Positions 1 to 12,275 of a DNA stretch of 64,000 nt are shown here, in pieces. The notes under the pieces were generated by a model. That model saw only the letters and a program-made list of their open reading frames with translations, was not told the origin of the DNA and searched no databases. A program made the position numbers and the translations under genes. Every line of letters starts with the position of its first letter. Within the stretch, counting starts at the first letter, position 1. Source of the stretch: Octopus sinensis. Taxonomy: Eukaryota. The stretch is taken from assembly GCF_006345805.1 (NCBI RefSeq), contig NC_043003.1, positions 35,960,001-36,024,000 on the forward strand, written 5' to 3'.

Positions 1-315
1 ATGCATTTCAGTAAGCCACACCTCGACACTGTTAGCGGAGAAACTGCTCTATACATCACCTGCTCTTTTTTCTTCATTATTGTTTTGGAAATATAACGAA
101 AATTACACTGCTTTTCGTGATGTAGCAATAGATAACCTTCATCCTCAGAAGCTCTTGGAGGAATAGCTCAATTACATAACGCTCCAAAATAAACAGATTC
201 TCAGTCAGATAATTCATGTATAGAGCCTGTTTGGTACTGGTTGAGTTAACGAAAGAAAATTCATATTTCTTTCATTGCTTTTTTTCAATAAGCATAATTG
301 TAGATGGATCTGCAA

Positions 316-505
316 GGCGGTCAGTTGGCAGAATCGTTACATCATCGGACAGACTGCTTTGCGATACCCAACCTGGCTTCTGAATCTGTGTTCAAATCCT
401 GCCGACGACAACTTTTACTTTCATCTTTTTGAGGTCGAAAATAAAGTATCAGTCGCGTGCTAGCACCGATAAATAAAGTACAGGTCCCGCACTGGGATCG
501 ACTCC
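316..505 (+). mobile_element. SINE family B, degenerate copy
   Basis: GGCGG..CTGGCAGAATCGTTA head, GTTCAAAT B-box, TTTCATCTTTTTGAGGTCGA..AAAGTA central block; matches the better copies at 2313 and 35835. Confidence 0.75.
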
Positions 506-674
506 TTTTATTCTTTTAACTCTGCCTGTCTCTTTCTGACCTTCAGGAAGAAATCGACTGTCGTGTGACCGAGAGAGATATCTTGTCTACCAGGTCTAAA
601 TTTCTAAGATCTGATGTATGGCATGACAGCGTTTTTATGACTCAGTAAAAATGACGTCAATGTTCATACATGCG

Positions 675-1168
675 CAGACGTGACTGTGTGATTCAAGGTT
701 CAGTGGTAAATCTTCTACTTACTATAGCTTTGGGCCGACCAAAGCCTTGTGAGTGCATTTGGTAGACGGAAACTGAAAGAAGACCGTCGTTATATATATA
801 TATGTATGTATGTAGGTATGTATATATAGAAAATGGGACAAGAACGCAAAACATCCAGAAGACGATACAAAAAACACGGACGGGTCATTCGAAGCCTTTA
901 ATCTTCAGTCAGGAACCGGATCATCCTCGCAATTTGTATGCGTTTGTTGTGGTGTGTGTGTGTGTGTGTTTGTCCTACTACCATTGCTTGACAACCGGTG
1001 TTGGTTTGTTCGTGCCTTCGTAAACTAACGGTTCGGTAAAAGCGACCGATAGAATGAGTACCAAGCTTAACAAAAAATAAAATAAATACTGGAGTCGATT
1101 AGTTCGACTGAAAATTCTAGGCGGTGCCCCAGCATGACCGTAGCGTAATGACTGAAACAAGTAAAAGA
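675..1168 (+). mobile_element. SINE family A with internal microsatellite, interrupted by a P1 fragment
   Basis: CTATAGC..GGGCCGACCAAAGCCTTGTGAGTG..TTTGGTAGACGGAAACTGAAAGAAG, microsatellite, then TTGACAACCG..GGCGGTGCCCCAGCATG..TGACTGAAACAAGTAAAAG tail. Confidence 0.85.
828..935 (-). mobile_element. P1 family fragment (putative Penelope-like pseudo-LTR) inside the SINE A microsatellite
   Basis: AAAATGGGACAAGAACGC..GATACAAAAAACACGGACGGG..TCTTCAGTC..GGATCATCCTCGCAATTT, shared with 7675, 54382 and 58858. Confidence 0.65.
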
Positions 1169-1819
1169 ACATGTGTGCAGGGGGTGTTTAAGAGTGCAGA
1201 CACACACACACACATACACACACACATACATTTACGTCGTGAATATCCACGTTGTTATTGCTGTTGTTATTGTTAACCACATCGTGGGAATTGCTCAATT
1301 TAATGTTACTGTTATCTGTCAAAACGTCATTATTTTTTCCACGCTGAATGTCTCAGTCCTGCTGCGTAACTAAATTTATTTTCACATTCTTTGTTTATTT
1401 ATTTTTTTTTTTTTTTATTACTGCTTTCGATGAGTCTTTCTCTCACTCTTTTATGAGTGCCTTCTTCTTTTTTTTTTTTTTTTTCATGATAGGAAATCAT
1501 TTAAATTTAAATATAAACAAAATTAATGTAAAAAGAAGAAAAAAAATAATTGAAAAAAAAAAACGTGACACACTTTTAGTCTTCTCCACTATGGAAGGAC
1601 TCAAAAGTTTTTTTTTTTTTATAAATTATATATTTTATTTTTACAATTATTATTTTTTTTTTCGTTATACGGACACCTCGAAGAAAATATTCAAACCGGA
1701 AATTCTTTTTCCTTCGGCTTGAACTTGGGCAAAGTAAGAAATCCAAATTTACGAAGCATGCAGACTCACATTCGAATTTGCAAAATCGCAAAGACAACAA
1801 CAACAAGAGTAATGATAAT

Positions 1820-2028
1820 AATTATTTCTACTACAGGCCCAGGGATTTGATTTAGAGGAAGGGAAAGTCGATTACACAGGCCCCATTACTTGATTTGTAC
1901 TTCCTTTTAGCGAATCCGAAAGAATAAAATGCAAAAGTGAACCTCGACGGAATTTGAACTCAAAATGTAATACTCAAAGGAAAACCGCTAGACATTGGCC
2001 TGTATGCCAACGACCCCGCCAGCTAGCA
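1820..2028 (-). mobile_element. SINE family B, degenerate
   Basis: Reverse complement of the family B head and central domain (GGAATTTGAACTC, GTCGATTACAC). Confidence 0.7.
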
Positions 2029-2085
2029 GCGTTAATAAAATTAATAAAAAGAATTATCATCATCATCATCATCATCATCATCACC

Positions 2086-2117
<32 letters not shown>

Positions 2118-2174
2118 CCATTCTACAATAGGCACAAGACCTGGATTTTGTGGGGAGAGAGACAGTCGACAACA

Positions 2175-2274
2175 NNNNNNNNNNNNNNNNNNNNNNNNNN
2201 NNNNNNNNNNNNNNNNNNNNNNNNNNNNNNNNNNNNNNNNNNNNNNNNNNNNNNNNNNNNNNNNNNNNNNNNNN
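2175..2274. other. assembly gap (100 N)
   Basis: Run of exactly 100 N, a typical placeholder for a gap of unknown size. Confidence 0.98.
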
Positions 2275-2312
2275 ATTGACCGGTAAGTGTGTTATATTAA
2301 GGCATTATTAAG

Positions 2313-2545
2313 GCGGCGAGCTGGCAGAAACATTAGCACGCCGGGCGAAATGCGTAGCCGTATTTCGTCTGTCGTTACGTTGTGAGTTCAAATTCCGCCG
2401 AGGTCGACTTTGCCTTTCATCCTTTCGGGGTCGATAAATAAAGTACCAGTTGCGCACTGGGGTTGATGTAATCGACTTAATCCGTTTGTCTGTCCTTGTT
2501 TGTCCCCTCTATGTTTAACCCCTTGTGGGCAATAAAGAAATATAT
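2313..2545 (+). mobile_element. SINE family B, full-length young copy
   Basis: tRNA-like head GGCGGCGAGCTGGCAGAAAC.TTAGCACGCCGGGCGAAATG, B-box GAGTTCAAATTCC, central GCCTTTCATCCTTTCGGGGTCGATAAA..AGTACCAG (resembles Meta/MESC-type SINE domains; inference), tail ending AATAAAGAAATA. Confidence 0.92.
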
Positions 2546-2772
2546 ATATTAAGGCACTATGACTTGCTCTAGAGACAACGAAACACGAGTAGATACACGG
2601 GCGCATGCGTGTACGTGTTTGATTTTTCATTGATAATCAACAGAAATTACAAAGTGACTCAAGAGCCGAGAGTTTTATGTACTGATTGTTGCCAATAGAT
2701 CGAAGACGGCCCATGAGTTTCTATAAATTCTGCTGATTTGTATTATAAAAAAAACAGCAACATTTATCCATT

Positions 2773-2850
<78 letters not shown>

Positions 2851-2892
2851 TGTGTGTGTGTTGTGTGTATTTTGTGTGTGTGTGTGGATATG

Positions 2893-3200
2893 TGGAGGTG
2901 CAACGGCCCAATGGTTAGGGCAGCGGTCGCAGGATCACGGTTTCGATTCCCAGACCGGGTATTGTGAGTGTTTATTGATCGAAAACATCTAAAGCTCTAC
3001 GTGGCTCCGGCAGGGGGTGGTGGCGATCCCTGCTATATACTCTTTCGCCACAACTTTCTCTCACTCTTTCTTCTGTTGGGCTGCTCGCTTAGCCAGGGAG
3101 GTAGCGTCATTTGAAGGCTAAAACAATGCGAAGCGCATTGTGACCAGCGATGTGTAGCAACATCTGATAACCTGGTCGGTCACGGTGATCGCGGTGATAC
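2893..3200 (+). mobile_element. SINE family C
   Basis: GGAGGTGCAACGGCCCAATGGTTAGGGCAGCG..GGTTTCGATTCCC head; tail GTCACGGTGATCGCGGTGATA; tail copy in reverse at 45163-45285. Confidence 0.8.
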
Positions 3201-3204
3201 ATAT

Positions 3205-3630
3205 ACTCTTTTACTCTTTTACTCTTTTACTTGTTTCAGTCATTTGACTGCGGCCATGCTGGAGCACCGCCTTTAATCGAGCAACTCGACCCTGGGACTT
3301 TTTTTTTTTTGTAAGACCAGTACTTATTCTATCGGTCTCTTTTGCCGAACCGCTAAGTAACGGGGACATAAACACACCAGCATCGATTGTCAAGCAATGC
3401 TAGGGGGACAAACACACTCACACAAACATACACACGCATATATAATATATATATATACATATATACGACGGGCTTCTTTCAGTTTCCGTCTACCAAATCC
3501 ACTCACAAGGCTTTGGTCGGCCCGAGGCTATAGTAGAAGACACTTGCCCAAGGTGCTACGCTGTGGGACTGAACCCGGAACCATGTGGTTGGTAAACAAG
3601 TTACTTACCACACAGCCACTCCTGTACCTA
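3205..3630 (-). mobile_element. SINE family A, full length
   Basis: Complete reverse-complement copy with CORE-like CCTTGGGCAAGTGTCTTC block, internal (TA/CA)n and (CTTTTA)n tail. Confidence 0.92.
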
Positions 3631-4069
3631 CATATATATATCTTCTGTTATATATCGCCTATATATATATATATCTTCTGTTATCATCTAGCTTTTACTT
3701 GCCTCAGTCATTGGATTCTGACCTTGCTGTAGTACCGAGTTGAAGAATTTAGTCGAAGATATCGACCCCCAGTACTTACGTTTTTAAAGCCTGATACTTT
3801 TTATACGGCACCCTTTTTACGTAAACAATTCAACACCGGTTTTCATTGGTGGTGGGTGAGAACCTTTAACACAGACTCATAAAAACAGATTAAAACACAA
3901 ATACACACACACATACGCACACAAACACACGCCCGCACTTCATAAAAAGTTTGTTTCCCAGCTACAATGTTCCACTTCGTGACACCGGCTAGCATCTTCA
4001 ATTATAGCCCAGGGCCGAAGAGAGCTTTGTGAGTGGATTTGGTACGCAGAAAGTGTGTAGACGTTCGTG

Positions 4070-4119
<50 letters not shown>

Positions 4120-4515
4120 CTAGCAGTACCGCCCGGCGTTGCTCGGGTTTGTAAGGGAAATAACTATATAAGCATTTTTAGAGATGTAAAGTATAATAGC
4201 CATCTCAATATGGCTAACCACAAGGGGGGGGAGTGTTACTGTAGCTTTTTACGTTCTGAGATTTAATAATAAATTTTTAGAGAGTTACTTCCCTTATATA
4301 TGCAAAAGTGGATTAAAAATGGGAAAAATTGATGGTAATTTTTTTTAAAATCGTAGACTCATCGTAGATGCGCGCTAATACCCAGAAGGGCTCGATATGA
4401 ATCACGACTATAAGATACCCGGTTTTGGTTAAACTGCACCGCAAAATGTGGGAGTAGTTAGGAATCTAAATCGTAGGAGACAGACACCACACAACCTTAC
4501 TTTTATATATAAAGA
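4120..4515 (-). mobile_element. non-autonomous Helitron (396 bp)
   Basis: Minus strand starts TC (TCTTTATATATAAAAG at 4515) and ends with hairpin CCCGAGCAACGCCGGG followed by CTAG (4120); inserted between A and T, no TSD. Sister copy at 44555. Confidence 0.88.
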
Positions 4516-4569
4516 TATATATATATATTCTTTTACATTTTTCACTCGTTTGTGTGTGTGAATATATAT

Positions 4570-4975
4570 TTGCTGTGTGGTAAGAAAATTCCTTCCCAAT
4601 AACATGATTCCGGATTCAGTCCCGCTCCGTGGCACCATGGGCGAGTGTCTTCTACCATGACCTCGGGCTATTTCTTTTTTTTTTTTTTATTTATTTTTTT
4701 TTTTTTTTTGCAAGCTAATTTACAGGGACATAAACACACCAGCATCTGTTGTCAAGCGATAGCGTGGCGGCCAAAAGACACACACGCACACCACACACAC
4801 ACTCACACACACGCACACACACACATACACACACACACAAAAATATATACATATATAAATATACGAAGGTCTTCTTCCAGTTGCCGTCTACCATATCCAT
4901 TGCCCCAAGTGCTACGCAGTGGCACTGGACCTTGAACCATGTGGCATTTTACCACAAAGCCACACAGCCACAGCA
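4570..4975. mobile_element. two partial SINE A copies in opposite orientation
   Basis: Plus-strand head 4570-4670 and minus-strand copy 4720-4975. Confidence 0.75.
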
Positions 4976-4995
4976 CACACACACATACACTATGC

Positions 4996-5029
<34 letters not shown>

Positions 5030-5036
5030 GTGTGTG

Positions 5037-5067
<31 letters not shown>

Positions 5068-5199
5068 GTTATGTATGTGTGTGTGAGTGTGTTTTTTAGT
5101 CAGGAGAGAAAGGTGTTACCCATGACTCGTTATAGGAGCTCTTTATACGACCCTCATTCGGGGAAGTTCCGGAGATGAGAAAATATCTGCAAACTAGAG

Positions 5200-5450
5200 A
5201 CGTGGTGATAATGCTTACAACGAGCCATACATTACTGACGGCACTCGAGAATTTAATGAGAAGCCAACAGCTCTTTTATCCAGTTTCCTGTTATCATAGA
5301 TGCACTGGGCTACGTAACAAAATATCTGTATAGAAACATGGAGGAATTTGGGTTCTACTGAAAGAAAAAAGTGGAGAGTGATTCGCGTCGACCGATACAA
5401 AGAAAAATAACTTGTGGAATGCTGAACATCTGAATAAACATTTCAGGGAA
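5200..5450 (+). mobile_element. 3' end (RLE endonuclease tail) of an R4-clade non-LTR retrotransposon, decayed
   Basis: Translation ..FPVIIDALGYVTKYLYRNMEEFGF.. resembles the P(I/V)I(I/V)GALG.V C-terminal motif and the paralogous stretch at 15430-15580. Confidence 0.6.
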
Positions 5451-6359
5451 TCTCCATTTAAGGTTACTAGCTCTAGCATAAAAACAGAAACTTATATACA
5501 TACACACATACCTACATGCATACACCCCCCCATATATATATATATTATATATATATATATAATATATATATACATACATATGGAATATAATGAAAGCAGA
5601 TACATAAAAATTAATGAAGCAGAAGTCCTATCCTCCTATGCATACGAACGACAGGGATTTTACTTTCCCACATATACACACACGCATGCACGCACGCACA
5701 TACACACGTGCGTGTGAGTGTGTGTGTGTGAGTGTATATAGTGGTACCGGCGCGTGTGTGTCTGTGGGAATATGTGTATACAAATTTATATTCTTTAACA
5801 AGAATACTGTTGTTAGTGACTTCGAAATTTCGGTCAGCTAAGCTATCATCGGACTATGGTACATTTGAGATCAGCTTCTCTTAACGTAGTCTCTGTTAAA
5901 TAAATATTTCTTGGGCAAACTAAGTTTTGTTGAATGAAAATTAAGTTGTTTAGGAGGCCGCGGAGGTAAGGTGTAATGGTGAATCTTTATTGATTAAATT
6001 TGCGAATGTGCCATTTCTTGTGTGTATTTATATATATATATATACACACATGAAGACACAAACTTCTAGAACTGTTTTGACTAAGCAGATGACCGCAGCC
6101 ACGATTTTGGAGTGAATGGTATAAATTTTGCAAAGAAGAAAACTTGAAGTATATCCCCAGGAAACACACATACACATGGTCCATAAATACGCACGTATTA
6201 TATACATACAAACGTACATACATATATACATGCATAGATACAAACATACATACATGCATCTATTCATCCATCCATCCGTACATACATACATAGATATATA
6301 TATATACATATATACATGTATACATACATATATGCATGCATACATTCTCTCTCTCTCTC

Positions 6360-6790
6360 TTTTACTCTGTTACTTGTTTCAGTCATTTGACTGCGGCGAT
6401 GCTGGAGCACCGCCTTTAGTCGAGCAAATCGACCCCGGGACTTATTCTTTGTAAGCCCAGTACTTATTCTATCGGTCTCTTTTGCCGAACCGCAAAGTGA
6501 CGGGGACGTAAACACACCAGCATCGGTTGTCAAGCAATGCTAGAGGGACAAACACAGACACACACATACACACACATATATATATTATATATATATTATA
6601 TATATATATATATATATACATATATCGACGGGCTTCTTTCAGTTTCCGTCTACCAAATCCACTCACCAGGCATTGGTCGGCCCGGGGCTATAGCAGAAGA
6701 CATTTGCCCAAGATGCCACGCAGTGGGACAGAACCCGGAACCATGTGGTTGGTAAGCAAGCTACTTACCACACAGCCACTCCTGCGCCTA
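6360..6790 (-). mobile_element. SINE family A, full length
   Basis: Near-consensus reverse copy with internal microsatellite. Confidence 0.92.
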
Positions 6791-7199
6791 CATATATACA
6801 TACAAATATACGTACATACATGCATACATACATACATACATACATACATACATACATACATACATACATACATACATACATACATACAAACATACAAACA
6901 CATACATACATACATACATACATGCATGCAATCAAAAGTGAGAGATGGTTACGGCTGTGTCACTGATTATTCTGTTGCTCGATCGAAATTAAACCGAATT
7001 TCAATAAAACAACCGAATACCTCTACCATCGCAAAGATCAACAATAACAGATGTCTTCGGTATTTGTACCCTAAATATCATTCCCATATTAATTTCTATC
7101 ACCCCAGCTTCAAAGCTAATATCACCATATCCCATCCATACTGTCATTCGGCGAAATAGAAACATCAATCAAATCTGTCGAAAACTCATTATCCAACCG

Positions 7200-7420
7200 T
7201 AAAACATACGAAGGACATATTACGTAATACAGTCCTAGCTATCCCTACTATGGCGATGTACCGGACCTCTAAAAGAACTATTAGTTTCCTCAGTGATTTT
7301 CACCCAACTTCTCTTGAGTTATTAATGATCAACGTTATATGAAAATGTTTTATGAAATCCACCAAATATTTCCAAGCTTGGCTATGATTTCATCCGTGGC
7401 ATCTCCACCAGAAAGCTCTG
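7200..7420 (+). mobile_element. possible highly decayed LINE reverse transcriptase fragment
   Basis: RTISFLSDF and YDFIRGIST read across frameshifts, resembling the RPISLLS and QYGFR.GRST RT motifs. Confidence 0.3.
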
Positions 7421-7540
7421 TTTATTTGTATTTTTTGCTATTCTTCATTAACCACAAATCAACGTAAATTTAAGTGCATCATATGTTCATGTGTGAAGGA
7501 AATGCACGAGTGTGAATGTGTGTGTGTGTATATATGTATG

Positions 7541-7655
7541 CTCGAAACGTTAAACCCTCCTTCTTCCCTTCTTTCCTGAGCGTCCAATAATACTTTATTT
7601 GTTCCACGTCCTTGCGTTGTTGTCTTTTTGTTTTCTTGTTTGGATTAACTTTATA
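7541..7655 (+). mobile_element. P3 family pseudo-LTR fragment starting at a hammerhead 3' half (GAAACGTT)
   Basis: CTCGAAACGTTAAA..TTTCCTGAGCG.CCA.TAATA; related copy at 9889-9995; ends in (TA)n. Confidence 0.5.
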
Positions 7656-7674
7656 TATATATATAATATATATA

Positions 7675-7785
7675 TACAAAATGGGACAAGAACGCAAGAC
7701 ATCCGGACAAAGAAAACAAGAACGGGTCATTCGAAGTTTTCTTTCCTCAGTCGAGCACCAGATTATCCTCGCAATTTCAGCTGAT

Positions 7786-7787
<2 letters not shown>
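7675..7787 (-). mobile_element. P1 family fragment between (TA)n tracts
   Basis: Same terminus (AAAATGGGACAAGAACGC) and internal GGGTCATTCGAAG..CTCAGTC..CCTCGCAATTTC as the other P1 copies. Confidence 0.65.
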
Positions 7788-7824
<37 letters not shown>

Positions 7825-7889
7825 GTACACACACACACATATATATATGTGTGTGTGTGTGTATGTGTGATATTCATATACGCATGTAC

Positions 7890-8105
7890 GGCATCGAGCA
7901 AGCAGAATCGTTAACACACCGGGTAAAATGTTAAGCAGCAATTTCTTCCGACTTTACGTTCTGAGTTCAAATTCTGCTGAAACTGACTTTGGTTTTTTAT
8001 CTTTTCCGTGTCTATAAGATAAGTACCAGTTGAGCACTGGAGTCGATGTAATACATTATATACCTTCCCACAAAATTTCAGGCCTTGAGCCTATAGTAAG
8101 AAGGA
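7890..8105 (+). mobile_element. SINE family B, diverged
   Basis: GCAGAATCGTTA..GAGTTCAAATTCTGC..AAGTACCAGTTGAGCACTGG. Confidence 0.8.
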
Positions 8106-8301
8106 TGAATATACGAAAGCGTGTATAAGCGTGTGTGTATAGGTGTTCGTATCAACGCGTTTTACAAGGAAATTAAAATAACCATTGTGCCTGTATCATC
8201 ACCATCATCTTCAGCAGCAGCAGCAGCAGTAACAGCAGCAACAGCAGCAACAGCAGTAGCAGCAGCAGCAGCAGCAGCCGTAGTAGTAGTAGTAGTAGTA
8301 G

Positions 8302-8334
<33 letters not shown>

Positions 8335-9337
8335 AAAGCAGTAGTAGATTTTACTCAGATTATTCGGGAGACAGGAAAGCGCATCGAAGACACATTACTT
8401 GGTATCCGTGAAAGAGATCCCTTTTGTTGTTTAGCCCCTAGATCAGGCCTGGCTGAGCTGTGTAGGATTATGATCAAAAGCGATTCAACCTCAGCGATCC
8501 TGTCATTCTCTCTGGGCTTCGTTGCCAATCAACTTTTACTACATTTCAAAACAAGCTTTAACATAGCTTTTGTAGTAGCAGGGAGATATCTTTGAGGGAG
8601 ATATCTATGCTTTTATTTCTAGCAGGTTGCTCGACGACTATGCTGGCTCTGCGCTCCTCTAGGCTCATGAAGTCCAGTATCCAAAATTTTTGAAGTCTTG
8701 TACAATAAATCTGCATATAAAAGGCAGCCATAACCTTTGAACTGAATCTAATCAATTGATCAGCCATAATCCGACCCTTTGATCTGACACTGATCCATGA
8801 ATGGAGCTATAAACCAAAATATTTAATACGAGAATATTGGAATATGGAAATTAGTTATGGCTTCGGTGTAGAAGATAAAACATCCACTTGAAGATTGGAC
8901 AGACGTAGCTACCGCTGTGTGGCTCAGACGTTGGCTTTACAGTCAGGTAAGTCTGGGTTCGGCCCCACTTGACGGCATTGTAGAAAAGCGAATCCTTCTG
9001 TAATCTGAGATTGATATTGGGAATTATATCTGTAAAAGTGGTGGCAGCAGCCTCAGATATTTTTACACGTTTGTGTATTTTGTATGTACACATGCACACA
9101 CACATACACACACAAACACACACACACACACACATACACGCACACACACATACATACACACACATACACACACACATACACGCACACACACAACACACTT
9201 ACAGACACATACACACTCATATATATGTGTGTGTATGTGTGTATATATGTATATATATATATATATAATATATATATATTATATATATATATATATGTAT
9301 GTATGTTTGTATGTATGTATGTATGTATGTATAATAT

Positions 9338-9371
<34 letters not shown>

Positions 9372-9635
9372 CATGCTTATATACATACATATATACATAC
9401 AAATTTGAACTATACATATATATATAGTTCAAATTTCCAGAAAGCAAAAGACAGAAACACAGGCGAGGGAACATAAGCCGGTGTGTTAGTTAAACGCTCG
9501 GGAACAATGGAAAAGTCTCTGGCGCTTCGAGCCAACGCACTTATGCAGAAATGATTGAGAGAGGTAAAAAAAATGGAGTAAGAACCAAAAAAGCAGAGAA
9601 AGAAAAAAATGCGTAAAGATTAGCGGTTCAACAAG

Positions 9636-9669
<34 letters not shown>

Positions 9670-9672
<3 letters not shown>

Positions 9673-9829
9673 CAGGCTTCTCTTAGTTTCCGTCTACCAA
9701 ATCCTCTCACAAGGCTTTGGTAGACCCGAGACTGTATTAGAAGACACTCGCCCAAGGTGCCACGCAGTGGAACTGATCCCAAAACCATGTGGGTGGTAAG
9801 CAAGCTACTTACCACACAGCACTCCTGCG

Positions 9830-9832
<3 letters not shown>
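9670..9832 (-). mobile_element. SINE family A, head half
   Basis: Reverse complement of the head up to the internal microsatellite. Confidence 0.85.
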
Positions 9833-9880
<48 letters not shown>

Positions 9881-9994
9881 ATATATATAACGTTAAAGAC
9901 TTGTTTTATTTATATTTCCTGAGCGCCATACTAATACATTGTTCGTTTGTTTTCCACCTGCCTTCGTATTTTGTTATTTCATAAACCTTCCCGT

Positions 9995-10050
<56 letters not shown>

Positions 10051-10952
10051 TATAATATATATATGTATGTATGTATGTATATATATATAGGCGCAGAGTG
10101 GCTATATATATATATATATATATATGTCCTTTTTCTTTTATTCTTTTATCTGTTTCAGTCATTTGACTGTGGCCATGTACTTGCAAAACGAACTTCATAT
10201 CCTCACAGCCATGCTTGCTCTAGAGATATACATTTTTGCTACAACGTAGTCCCTGTTGCTTTTTCAACCACTTGCATAACTTGAACGGACCGCTGATCAT
10301 AGACATTCCAATAGTGATATACTTGATTAATTGCCAATTATTGTATTCTCGAACAAAATTATCCACTATACGTTTTATTTCATTTAATAATATGTTTATA
10401 TATGATTTGAAGGAGATTTACCTTTTAGTTCAAGCAGATCGGATAACCAGAGTAGAGTCTCCCTTTGTGTCTTTTCTCTAAACGTTTCTAATTTAAGTAC
10501 AAGGCCATCAATTTTCAGGGGGAAATTTGTCATAGTATGAAGTACAATACTTGACTTGTACATTACTTTATCGGCTCCGTGGGGTTGAAAAGTAAATTTG
10601 TATCGGGGAGGTTGAAACTCACACACGGAGAGATGGAAGAAATACAGTGAGTCATTTTTTCCCGATGATCAGCAATTCTCTCAGCTCATCAGTTTGACTT
10701 GTCTCCAGTACATTACATTAAATGAGATGGATGGCAAAAGCAGTAGAGTAACTGGGTAAGCTCTTTTGCGTATCGAGTTCAAATTCAGTCCGGATTCACT
10801 TATATTTCAACAACATTCAGGACTGAATTAAAGAATAATAATTTATTTAAAAAAATTGATCGATTTATTCAATAAGCTAAAGAGAATATCTCTACGTTGT
10901 GACTCGACGTTCTAGAATTAACAGTCAAAATCTCTCTTAGATCTTATCTTAC

Positions 10953-11009
10953 CATCAGGAAAAGTCATCATATTGGCTTGTACATTGGATAGTGTATTTA
11001 TGGATAGCT
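10953..11009 (-). CDS. candidate 57-nt symmetric (phase 1-1) internal exon, ELSINTLSNVQANMMTFPD
   Basis: Branch-like CTAAT + GTCGTTTGTGTTCGTGTAG acceptor, donor GATG|GTAAGA, open in the symmetric frame; no recognisable homology. Confidence 0.25.
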
Positions 11010-11403
11010 CTACACGAACACAAACGACATTAGTTTGTTTGGGCAAGAATGAACAGCACAACACTACAGTACCAACAAGAACCTCTGCTGTTACGACTAC
11101 TTCCATATAATTGTGACCCAGTGCCGACATTAGACATCTATATCACACATTTTCATAAAATAAACAAAGCAACAAAAAAAAAGAAGAAAAAAACGAAAAC
11201 TACACAAAATATAAAAAATGAAAGTAAAAGCACAGTAAACTTCACCTCAATATTACAATAAATTAAACTGTTTCACGCTTCAGCATATGTGTGTGTATGT
11301 GATTGTGTGTGTGTGTGTGTATGTGTGTGTGTGTACATATCTATCCAAAATTTCTATATATATATATTTATACACACACACACAAATATATATACTATAT
11401 ATA

Positions 11404-11451
<48 letters not shown>

Positions 11452-12043
11452 TATGCATGTATATAGGTTCCATAAATTAGTTCTTTACGCTGCTGTCATC
11501 GCCATCAGCAATTGTAACAACAATTACCACAACAAACAGACTCACGCATACACAGAAGGCTTCTGCTCTTTGTTATTCGAAAGTGTTTGTGTTTATGTAT
11601 TTTACTAAATGTTTTAATATGAAAATATTGCCTATTTCTTTCTTTTATTGTTTGTCAACTAAAAATTCTTGCTATGAATTTCAAATTTTAATACCTACAG
11701 ACTGAACTATTAACATAGTTCGTACACCATAAACATTTAAAAACTAGTATAAAGTAATTTATACCGTTCTACCACCGCTGCTGCCGCCACTAGCTACATC
11801 AACACAACCATCACCACTACCACCATCACCACCACCTCCAAGACCACCACCACCAAACTCTCTATCATGAACATTTATCTTCATTCCTCCTTTTTCCTCT
11901 TCTCTCATTCTCTCTATCTCTCTTTGTTCTCTTTGCCTCTCTTTGCATTCTCATATCTCATAATATTGCTATGATGGCTGCTGTTTGATGTACTTTTTTT
12001 TTCTCTGTTCATGTTCATGTTGTTATCGTTGTTGACGTCGCTA

Positions 12044-12106
12044 TTATTTATTTATTTATTATTATTATTACTATTATTATTATTATTATCATAATCATTA
12101 TTATTA

Positions 12107-12176
<70 letters not shown>

Positions 12177-12231
12177 CATTATTATTATTATCATTATTAT
12201 TATTATCATTATTATTATTATTATCATTATG

Positions 12232-12275
<44 letters not shown>

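Noticed and set aside
525-650. Strong + acceptor (CTTTCTGACCTTCAG|GAAGAA) with a 33-codon frame
   Set aside because: No consensus donor or partner exon and no recognisable peptide.
2313-2400. tRNA genes at SINE heads
   Set aside because: A/B boxes are present but there is no acceptor-stem closure, and each runs into a SINE body; these are tRNA-derived SINEs.
8558-8767. Minus ORF with LEERR motif as exon or LINE piece
   Set aside because: It overlaps a dispersed repeat also seen at about 28520-28580 (TGAGGGAGAT..TATTTCTAG), so the frame is likely incidental.
10918-11130. ORF ending RSKRDFDC as a prohormone precursor
   Set aside because: RSKR lies beyond a consensus splice donor, there is no clean signal peptide, and the opposite strand is also open.
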